Origin: Candidatus Aminicenantes bacterium
Lineage (GTDB): Bacteria; Acidobacteriota; Aminicenantia; Aminicenantales; Aminicenantaceae
Assembly (NCBI GenBank): GCA_046483285.1
Contig: JAWODN010000119.1
Location: 6,015 to 70,014 of the forward strand
Direction: 5' to 3'
DNA length: 64,000 nucleotides
The position numbers were made by a program, and so were the translations under genes. This document shows, in pieces, positions 56,658 to 64,000 of the stretch (the first letter of the stretch is position 1; every line of letters starts with the position of its first letter). Below the pieces are notes generated by a model. That model did no database searches. It saw only the letters and a list, made by a program, of their open reading frames with translations, and was not told the origin of the DNA.

Positions 56658-59375
56658 TTATTGCGCAGGGTCTTTTTTCCTGGATTTTCCAATTGTGACC
56701 GGATCGGGGGCTTCGATTCGGAGCTTTCTTTCCGCTGATGCTTGTCCGGCCTTGATCGTAACGCGGTAAGTCCCGGGTTCAGCCAAGCGGAGGCCGCGGT
56801 GGAGGAGAGGCCGATTCGATCCGTAGGCGCTCCCGGTCACCAGATCCCAGACGGCCCGGTTGAGTCCAGCCCGCCCGTCCATGAAAGTCCGCCAGACCGT
56901 TTCATCATTCGCATTGAGAACCGCGATTTCCGCCTTTTGACCGCGGTTCAGAGCGAAGTGGAAAACGGCCTGTTTTCGCATTTCCAGGGCCCAGTCCCCG
57001 CCGTAGTCCCGCCGTTGGGGGAGAAGGGCCGGCCGGACAGGGAAAAAATGGATGGGCTTGGCGGCGGTTTCCGGTGTCCAGGCCTGGACGGGGGCGATGT
57101 CCAGTTTAAAGAAACTCCGTCCGTGGGTGGCGATGACCAATTCCTGTTCGCGGGCTTGAATAGCCAGATCGTGAATGGGGGTGGTGGGAAGATCGGCAGC
57201 CAGCGACGTCCAGCTATCTCCTCTGTCGAATGTGACGTAGATTCCGCCCTGGTCGGTTCCGATGTAGAGCTTATCCGGGTCTTTCGGGTCTTCGCCAATA
57301 ACGTTGACCTGCTCTTCAGGCAAGTCATTGGAAATCGGCTGCCACTTTTGGCCGAAGTCGGAGGATTTGTAAATGTAGGTTTGGAAATCATTTTCCCGGT
57401 ATCCGGTCAGGGTGACGTAGACGCTTCCTTCTTCGTGGGCGGATGCGGTGACCCGGCTGACCCATTTGTCCGGAAGGGCGCACCCGATCTCGGTCCAGTC
57501 GACCCCGTCGTTGACCGTGACCCAGACCCGGCCGTCATCCGTTCCTGCGTACAGAATCCCCGGTTTCAGGGGGGATTCGCTGATGGTGGTGATGGTTCCG
57601 TAAGGGACATTGCCCTGCCTGTCCAGACCAGGCTGGGTGGAAAGGTCGGGACTGACCGCCTGCCAGTCATCCCCTTTGTTCAGAGATTTGAAAAGGCGGT
57701 TGGCTCCGAAGTAAAGAATGCCGGGGTTATGATGGGAAATGATGAAGGGCGACATCCAGTTGTAGCGGAGTTCCGGCTCTCCCTCAGCGGCCCTGGGGCG
57801 AATTCGTGTGATTTCTCCGGTGGCCATATTTTTGCGCTGCAGCCCCCCGAACTGCTGCTCGAAATAAATGATGTCCGGGTTCGTGGGGTCAACCAGGGTG
57901 ATGTAGGAATCTCCTCCCCCCCAGAGATCGATCCAGACATAACTCCATTCGTCCTCAATGCCGTCCTCGGGGAACCGGTCGGCACGGCCGAAAAGGGCGG
58001 CGTTGTCCTGAGTTCCACCGTAAACATGATAAGGGTCGGCGTCGTCCAGGGACAGTGCGTAGAATTCGCCCGCGGGGATGTTGTTGAGGTGGAGCCAGGT
58101 TTCGCCGCGATCCCGGCTCAAATAGATCCCGCCGTCGTTTCCCAGGATCAGCCTGTCCGGATCGGTGGGGTCGATCCAAAGATCATGCTGGTCCAGATGA
58201 AGGGAACGGGACGGATGACTGTAAAGATGGATGACTGTTCCGTGCAGGTTGGTGAAGGTTTGCCCCCGGTCTTGGGACCTCATCAGGTTTTGACCCAAGG
58301 CGTAGAAAACGTCGGGATTTTCCGGTGAAACGACGATATCGCCAAAGAATCCCATGCGGTGGATGTCGCTTTTCATGGGAACCTTCCGCCAGGAGGCTCC
58401 AGCGTTTTCAGAGAGATAGACCTCGGGTCCGATCCGGGTGGTGCGGGTTCCTTCTCCGGTTTTTGTTTCGACCGGAGTCGCGTTGAAAAGGAAAGCATAA
58501 ATGATGTTCGGGTCGGATGGAGCTGCGGCCAGTCCGATGCGTCCGATGTTCGGTCCAGAAGGGAACCCGTTTGTCAGCCGCTTCCATGTCCGCCCGGCGT
58601 CCTCGGACTTATAAACGCCGGAACCTTCCCCATGCTCGATGTTCTCCCATGCCCGGCGGGCGTGTTGGTTGGCAGCGGCGTAAACGATGGAGGGATTGGA
58701 AGGATCCATAACCACATCCACAGCGCCTGTTTTTTCATCGATGTAAAGGACCTTTTTCCAGGATTTTCCGCCGTCTTCGGTTTTGAACAATCCCCGATCT
58801 TCGTTCCAGGAATATTCGTGCCCCAAGGCAGCGACGTACACGATGTCCGGATTTTCCGGGTGTACGGCGACCCGGGCGATGTGATGTGTGTCCGCTAATC
58901 CCGTATGAATCCAGGTTTTCCCGCCGTCCGTGGATTTGAAGACGCCCAATCCGGCGAAGGAGCTGCGGGCCAGCAGGTTTTCGCCTGTTCCGACATAAAG
59001 GATTTCGGGGTGGGAATCGGAAACATCCAGGTCGCCGATGGTGAAAGTCGGTTGATGTTCAAAGATAGGCGTCCAGGTTAATCCGTCGTTTTCCGTTTTC
59101 CAGACGTTGCCGGCACCGAACCCGACGTAAATGATGGAGGTCCCGGGAACAGCGTCGATTGTTTCCACCCGTCCTCCCTGAAAGCGCGGGCCCAAGGCCT
59201 GCCAGTGAAGACCCCGGAAGGGAGAGGCTTCCCGTTTTGCCTGACGCTGCTCCCATGATGCCATGCGGCGGGAACCCGAGGCCGAAGCGGGGCTTTCCAT
59301 TTGTCCGGGGGCAGGCGGGGCCAATGTGAAAAATAAAAAGACAATTCCCATAAAGGTTGAGAAGATGTTTTTCAT
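56658..59375 (-). CDS. secreted BNR/Asp-box repeat beta-propeller protein (sortilin/VPS10-like or GH74-like)
   Basis: 905 aa with a signal peptide. It has more than 10 Asp-box motifs (SxDxGxTW), for example 'TENDGLTW', 'STDGGKTW', 'TEDGGKSW', 'SEDAGRTW', 'SRDRGETW'. Confidence 0.7.
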   Translation of the reverse strand: MKNIFSTFMGIVFLFFTLAPPAPGQMESPASASGSRRMASWEQRQAKREASPFRGLHWQALGPRFQGGRVETIDAVPGTSIIYVGFGAGNVWKTENDGLTWTPIFEHQPTFTIGDLDVSDSHPEILYVGTGENLLARSSFAGLGVFKSTDGGKTWIHTGLADTHHIARVAVHPENPDIVYVAALGHEYSWNEDRGLFKTEDGGKSWKKVLYIDEKTGAVDVVMDPSNPSIVYAAANQHARRAWENIEHGEGSGVYKSEDAGRTWKRLTNGFPSGPNIGRIGLAAAPSDPNIIYAFLFNATPVETKTGEGTRTTRIGPEVYLSENAGASWRKVPMKSDIHRMGFFGDIVVSPENPDVFYALGQNLMRSQDRGQTFTNLHGTVIHLYSHPSRSLHLDQHDLWIDPTDPDRLILGNDGGIYLSRDRGETWLHLNNIPAGEFYALSLDDADPYHVYGGTQDNAALFGRADRFPEDGIEDEWSYVWIDLWGGGDSYITLVDPTNPDIIYFEQQFGGLQRKNMATGEITRIRPRAAEGEPELRYNWMSPFIISHHNPGILYFGANRLFKSLNKGDDWQAVSPDLSTQPGLDRQGNVPYGTITTISESPLKPGILYAGTDDGRVWVTVNDGVDWTEIGCALPDKWVSRVTASAHEEGSVYVTLTGYRENDFQTYIYKSSDFGQKWQPISNDLPEEQVNVIGEDPKDPDKLYIGTDQGGIYVTFDRGDSWTSLAADLPTTPIHDLAIQAREQELVIATHGRSFFKLDIAPVQAWTPETAAKPIHFFPVRPALLPQRRDYGGDWALEMRKQAVFHFALNRGQKAEIAVLNANDETVWRTFMDGRAGLNRAVWDLVTGSAYGSNRPLLHRGLRLAEPGTYRVTIKAGQASAERKLRIEAPDPVTIGKSRKKDPAQ

Positions 59376-59692
59376 TGGTGATTTTTTCCTTTCGTCAAGG
59401 AAATCAATCTTGACATTTCCTGAAAATGATAATAAACAGGTGTTAGGAAGTCAATAAATCGCATTCCATCCGCAAGCATGATGAAGCGGGGGACAGACCG
59501 GCTGAAATGTGAGTTCCTTGATATTTCACTGCGACGACCCGGACGCCTGCAGAATCGGTGGGATTCGGCGGCCAGGTGAATAAGTCAGGATAGAAAGGAC
59601 ATACCATGGAAAGACGAGAAGCCCTGATAGTGTTGGGATGTGCGGCCCTGACAGGGCCGGCTATCATCTCATGCAAGGAAAGGAGAGAGCTA

Positions 59693-60076
59693 ATGAAAAA
59701 GGAAATCAAAACTCAAAATGCCCCGATGGCCATCGGCCCGTATTCTCAAGCCATCGAAGCCAATGGTTTTATTTTTGCCTCCGGACAAATCGCCATTGAC
59801 CCTTCCACGGGCGAATTGATCACGGGAGGGGTGGAGGAACAAACCCGCCTGGTTCTGACGAATTTAAGCTCCGTCATGGAAGCGGCTGGAAGTTCTTTGG
59901 AAAATGTGGTTAAATGCACGGTTTTTCTTAAGGATATGAATGATTTTTCGAAGATGAACGCGGTGTATGAGGAATTTTTCGATGCTCCCTATCCGGCCCG
60001 GGCTGCGGTGGAAGTCGCCCGGCTGCCCAAAGATGTTAAAGTCGAGATTGAAGCGATCGCTGTGACGGGACGCTGA
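59693..60076 (+). CDS. ridA: RidA family reactive-intermediate deaminase (YjgF/TdcF)
   Basis: The sequence '[27 protein letters not shown]...' and a C-terminal '[18 protein letters not shown]' match RidA. The start was taken at MKKEIK. Confidence 0.8.
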   Translation: MKKEIKTQNAPMAIGPYSQAIEANGFIFASGQIAIDPSTGELITGGVEEQTRLVLTNLSSVMEAAGSSLENVVKCTVFLKDMNDFSKMNAVYEEFFDAPYPARAAVEVARLPKDVKVEIEAIAVTGR

Positions 60077-60183
60077 TGGGTAAGGCCGTTCCTTTTTGAA
60101 GCTGCGGCGCTTTTTCCTTGACATCCCTCTGACATTTATTATAGCCTGAATTATTAACCTGGGGTCAATAATTCTCAGGGTGG

Positions 60184-60567
60184 GTGATGCCCAAAAAAAA
60201 GATAATACTGGTTGAAGACGAAGGAATTGTATCAAGCGACTTGAGCTTTTTTCTGGATCAGGAAGGTTACCAGGTTACCGGGGCGGTGTTCACCGGGGAA
60301 GACGCTTTGGAATGCTGCCGAAACGATCCGCCGGATGCGGCTTTGATAGATATCGGATTGAACGGTAAAATAAATGGGATCGAAACCGCCCGAAAAATCC
60401 GGAAAGAATTTCAAACCCCTATAATCTATATCACCGGGTTCGCTGATGAAAAAACCATCAGCCAGGCCCGGCAAACCGGGCCTGAAGCCGTGCTGCTCAA
60501 ACCTATCGATGAGGACAAACTGAAAACGGTTCTGAAACAGGTATTCCAAACGCCGAAGTCCTCGTAA
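60184..60567 (+). CDS. single-domain response regulator (CheY-like receiver)
   Basis: 127 aa. 'KIILVEDEGIV' and the phospho-acceptor 'AALIDIGL' are present. There is no output domain. Confidence 0.75.
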   Translation: MMPKKKIILVEDEGIVSSDLSFFLDQEGYQVTGAVFTGEDALECCRNDPPDAALIDIGLNGKINGIETARKIRKEFQTPIIYITGFADEKTISQARQTGPEAVLLKPIDEDKLKTVLKQVFQTPKSS

Positions 60568-60601
60568 CGGCACTTTGCTGCGGGGCATGGAGGGGACCGG
60601 G

Positions 60602-62830
60602 TTAGTCGAGCACGGTGACGGTCACCGTGTCTTTGACCATTCCGGCTTTGGTTTCAGCCCTGAAACCGAGGGTGTGAAGACCCGGCTGCAGATTCCATCT
60701 GAATTTAAAGTTACGGGAAGATGCGGCTAAAATTTCTCCGTCGGCGAGCCATTCAAAAGAGAGAATTTCTGTTTCCAGCGGAACAAAGGCCTCCAAAGAA
60801 ATGGTCTGATATCCCCGCTTGAGCACCGGATCGATTTGGTAAATATTTCCATGAGATGGATTGACAATTCGGATTCGGTCTGTTTCCGGAAACCGGGAAA
60901 GACTTCCGGTTTGCACGGACGGGGAATGCCTGCGGCAGGTGCCTTTCGGCTCGGTTCCGGGGATGAAAATTTCTTCCATGAAGCCCGGGCAGGAAACGGA
61001 CGCCCGTAATCCGGATTCAGGACAAATCCTCAGGCGGATGAGATTTTCGGGCTGCCTGAATGACTGAGGCGGGTTTTCCCGGTGAAGCCGAAGCATGATG
61101 TCCCGGAATAAAGTTCCGCATCCGGTGACGCCGGAAACGGTATGCATGGGTTCCCCGTTGAAATTGCCCCCCCAAACCCCCACCGTGTAGGAAGGGGTGT
61201 ATCCCACGGCCCAGTTGTCCCGGAAGTCTTTACTGGTTCCGGTTTTGACTGCGCAGGGAAAAGGCAGGCGGAGAGGAGAGCGGTAGCCGAATGCCGGAAT
61301 GCGGGCGTCGGGATCGGAGAGAATGTGGGTTAAAATGTATGCGGTTTCCGGGGTGAAGACCGGCACGCCGCTCCTCTCTTTGGGTTTATTTGCCGGTGAA
61401 TCCAGGCGCCATTTCACAGGCTGGAAATGCCCGTCCCGGCTAAGGGAAGAATAGGCCTGGGTCAGTTCCAGCAGGGTGACTTCCCCGTTGCCCAGTGTTA
61501 AACCAACACCGTAATGAGAAGAAGGGCGGGTGAAAGAGGTGAAGCCGGCTTGTTTAAGTTTCAAATAGAGACGTTCCGCCCCCAAACGTTCGGTGAGCCG
61601 GACAGCGGGAATGTTATAGGAGCAGGCCAGGGCCTGCCGCAGGCGGACCGGGCCGTGAAATTTATGATCGAAGTTGACCGGCTGGTAAGGCCCTGTGGGC
61701 GTCGAATATTCCATGGCCTGGTCAAAGAGGATTTCCGCTGCGCTCATTCCCTGCTGCAGAGCCAGGCCGTAGGTGAAAGGTTTCAATGCCGAACCAGGCT
61801 GCCTGAGGGAAACCGCGCCGTTGACCTGACCTTGATGATAATCATCGAAAAAATCCCGTGATCCCACCATACTGATTATTTCCCCGCTGGAATTATCAAT
61901 GACCACAGCCGCACCCTGGGTGATGTTGTGCGGAGCCAGTGAGTTGATGTGTTCTCTGAGCAGGTGCTGAATGTCTTGATGGAGTTCATAATCCAGGGTG
62001 GTCCGGATATCCCGGCCGGAGGTTCTGTCTGCGGACCCAGCATTAGCCAGAACGAAATCACAGAAATGCGGTGCGAGGAACCGCTCCCGGACCGGTTCCA
62101 ATTTGAGTATTTGGCGCAGAGCCCGCCTGTAAGCGGATTTTCTGATATGGCCGGCCTGAAAAACTTTAGTCAGAATTTGTTTCTGCGCCTTGATTATCCG
62201 GGGATCTTCGAGATAAGAATGAAAACGTCCAGGCGACCGGGGCAGCGCCGCCAAATAAGCCGCTTCGGCCAAGGTCAAGTCCCGGCAGGGTTTTCCGAAA
62301 TAGGTCTGTGAGGCCGCTTCAATACCATAAGCCCGGTTCCCGTAATAGATGCGGTTCAAGTATTGAGTTAATATCCAGTCTTTGGTGAAAGTTTTTTCCA
62401 ACCTTAAGGCGGTCCAGGTTTCTTGGATTTTTGACAGAATCGTCCGGGACGGCCGGGCGTGGATGTTTCTGGCCAATTGCTGAGTGATGGTGGACGCCCC
62501 GGAAACAATCCGGCCTTGGGTGATGTTCCGCCATAAGGCGCGAGAGATGGAAAAAACATTGACACCGGGATGGATATAAAAGAATTTGTCTTCCGCAGTC
62601 AAGGTGGTGATGATCACTTCGGGGGGTATCTGTTCCCGCTGCAGCATGCGGCAGCTGCCGCTTTGGCCGGATAAGACTTCCCTGAGAACGTGGCCGTGGC
62701 GGTCGAGAATGCGAAAAGAAACCAGATTTTGGGAAGAAAGAGAGGATTCGGAAACCGGCCAATATAAAGAAACCAGGCCGACGGCCAGGCCGGCCGCGGC
62801 CGAAACAAAAAGCTTCCTGAATAATGTCAT
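60602..62830 (-). CDS. pbpC: penicillin-binding protein 1C (bifunctional transglycosylase/transpeptidase)
   Basis: 742 aa. The GT51 motif is 'GASTITQQLARN'. The transpeptidase SxxK motif is 'GSALKPFTY'. The gene lies directly downstream of an alpha-2-macroglobulin gene. Confidence 0.8.
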   Translation of the reverse strand: MTLFRKLFVSAAAGLAVGLVSLYWPVSESSLSSQNLVSFRILDRHGHVLREVLSGQSGSCRMLQREQIPPEVIITTLTAEDKFFYIHPGVNVFSISRALWRNITQGRIVSGASTITQQLARNIHARPSRTILSKIQETWTALRLEKTFTKDWILTQYLNRIYYGNRAYGIEAASQTYFGKPCRDLTLAEAAYLAALPRSPGRFHSYLEDPRIIKAQKQILTKVFQAGHIRKSAYRRALRQILKLEPVRERFLAPHFCDFVLANAGSADRTSGRDIRTTLDYELHQDIQHLLREHINSLAPHNITQGAAVVIDNSSGEIISMVGSRDFFDDYHQGQVNGAVSLRQPGSALKPFTYGLALQQGMSAAEILFDQAMEYSTPTGPYQPVNFDHKFHGPVRLRQALACSYNIPAVRLTERLGAERLYLKLKQAGFTSFTRPSSHYGVGLTLGNGEVTLLELTQAYSSLSRDGHFQPVKWRLDSPANKPKERSGVPVFTPETAYILTHILSDPDARIPAFGYRSPLRLPFPCAVKTGTSKDFRDNWAVGYTPSYTVGVWGGNFNGEPMHTVSGVTGCGTLFRDIMLRLHRENPPQSFRQPENLIRLRICPESGLRASVSCPGFMEEIFIPGTEPKGTCRRHSPSVQTGSLSRFPETDRIRIVNPSHGNIYQIDPVLKRGYQTISLEAFVPLETEILSFEWLADGEILAASSRNFKFRWNLQPGLHTLGFRAETKAGMVKDTVTVTVLD

Positions 62831-64000
62831 TTTTTGATGATTATGATTTTTTCTTCACTCCGTCCGAACACTTCGGGGGTATACATTTCTTCCGCTTTGG
62901 CCCCTGGAAGCCGGTATTCACCGGGCAGCAAGACCCTTGCCAGGTAATGGTGGTAATGGATTCCCGGTGCCAGGGAGTCAGCGAAGAGACGGACTCTGTC
63001 GTTATGGATTTCCGTATGGCTGAATCCTCGCCAATGAGGGCGTCCTTCGTCAATCTGAAGGATCCACTGCCGTAATTTGCGCTGCATTTCCTGACTCTCA
63101 ATTTTGAAATCAGGATGGACCGCTTCGATTCCGGCCGGCACCGGATCTTCCACCACCACGAATAATCTTTCCTGAGGCGTGATGATTCTCAAACTGACAA
63201 TAATCAATTGCCCGGTTTTAAGGTCTGTCAGCGGCGTGCCGTCCAGAGATAAAAATTGTTTTTGAAGGGAAAAACCTTCGTCCCGGGGTCCTGCAGGCTG
63301 ATGGGGGACATAATGCATTCTGGTCTCATAATACAGGGTTCCCTTCCCGGATTTATCAATCCTCAGTTTTTTACGCGTCCCCGCCGGCCATGACGGCAGC
63401 GGCATTTCCTCTCGAACGGTATCGGTTGCGGCTTTCATCTTTTTTCTCAGAAGATTTTTTTCTTCCAGACCGACGTCAAGGACAAAATCGGGAGCGGTGT
63501 CTTCATAGCGCTGGTAGTATTGATTCAGTGCGTAAAACACAAAAAAGTTATCCTGAGTGTTCGGCCAGCGCCCGGCTTCCCGGCGGGAGACGAGCCAGCG
63601 GACCATAGCGGGAAAGAAATCATGCTGTGTGTCCATCTCCAATAAAGTCTGCAGGACCAGGGCGGTGGTTCGTATTCCGGAGGAAAAAATCCAGGCTCCC
63701 CGGGCTCCTTCATCGTTTTCAAAATAGGCATGGGTGGGGGAAACCTTGATTTTATTCATCAACTCCTGCAGCAACAGCTTTTTCGCCTCGGGATAATCCT
63801 GCTCATGGTGCATGGCTTTTAAAAGCATGGTTTTTCCGAAAGTGGAGAGATCTTTTCGTTCAGCGAATAATTTTTCCGTATAACCGGGTTCGGGCCTGCC
63901 GGCGGCAGCGAGAAGATAAAGGGCGAAAGCACGCACGGAAAGGCTGGTTTGCCGGCTGTAAGGGTGATTCTGGAACCGCTCCTCGCCGCGGGCGACCCGG
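62827..64000 (-). CDS. bacterial alpha-2-macroglobulin family protein (C-terminal part; gene continues beyond window)
   Basis: The reading frame is open upstream to the window edge. The C-terminus ends '...LPGEYRLPGAKAEEMYTPEVFGRSEEKIIIIKK'. The gene overlaps the pbpC start by 4 nt, which is the classic A2M-PBP1C pairing. Confidence 0.6.
   Translation of the reverse strand, partial: RVARGEERFQNHPYSRQTSLSVRAFALYLLAAAGRPEPGYTEKLFAERKDLSTFGKTMLLKAMHHEQDYPEAKKLLLQELMNKIKVSPTHAYFENDEGARGAWIFSSGIRTTALVLQTLLEMDTQHDFFPAMVRWLVSRREAGRWPNTQDNFFVFYALNQYYQRYEDTAPDFVLDVGLEEKNLLRKKMKAATDTVREEMPLPSWPAGTRKKLRIDKSGKGTLYYETRMHYVPHQPAGPRDEGFSLQKQFLSLDGTPLTDLKTGQLIIVSLRIITPQERLFVVVEDPVPAGIEAVHPDFKIESQEMQRKLRQWILQIDEGRPHWRGFSHTEIHNDRVRLFADSLAPGIHYHHYLARVLLPGEYRLPGAKAEEMYTPEVFGRSEEKIIIIKK

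Noticed and set aside
56742-58328. 528-aa plus-strand ORF antisense to the BNR-repeat protein gene
   Set aside because: The sense strand encodes a protein with more than 10 canonical Asp-box repeats and a signal peptide. The antisense translation is Gly/Val/Asp low-complexity.

Overview
This is a bacterial chromosomal window of mixed composition, about 50% GC on average, with a clearly GC-richer block at about 34.8-37.6 kb. It contains a housekeeping backbone (thrB-dapA, an M16 peptidase pair, a detached nuoJKLMN module, rnpB, initiator tRNA-Met, ppsA, pgi, pbpC plus alpha-2-macroglobulin) and several accessory blocks.

The accessory blocks are:
1. A complete N-type ATPase operon with the diagnostic order atpD-C-Q-R-B-E-F-A-G and no delta subunit (20.2-26.8 kb).
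2. A DUF72-PolX-LigA cassette translationally coupled to the ATPase operon, followed by an Fpg/Nei glycosylase. Together these look like a self-contained base-excision-repair module.
3. A repeat-dense intergenic zone of 160-bp tandem hairpin repeats, a 57-bp perfect double-hairpin element present twice, and a roughly 33-70 bp inverted-repeat pair.
4. An apparent island of about 11 kb (34.4-45.4 kb) bounded by 81-bp direct repeats, which are the 3' end of a threonine-dehydratase-like gene. It carries a GC-rich gnd-zwf-pgl segment with a 3'-truncated pgl, a dodecin, UPF0182, a GH15 hydrolase and a cation antiporter.
5. An unusual 1016-aa secreted protein that fuses an HExxH zincin domain, a TolB-like beta-propeller and a C-terminal Omp85-type beta-barrel.
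6. A hypothetical eRF1-like protein next to an orphan NtrC-family sigma-54 activator. A thrice-repeated motif TTGGCATGATTYTTG sits upstream of three plus-strand genes.

No CRISPR array, transposase or integrase was found. All calls rest on reading the supplied ORF translations and the nucleotide sequence by eye. No database searches or GC calculations were run.
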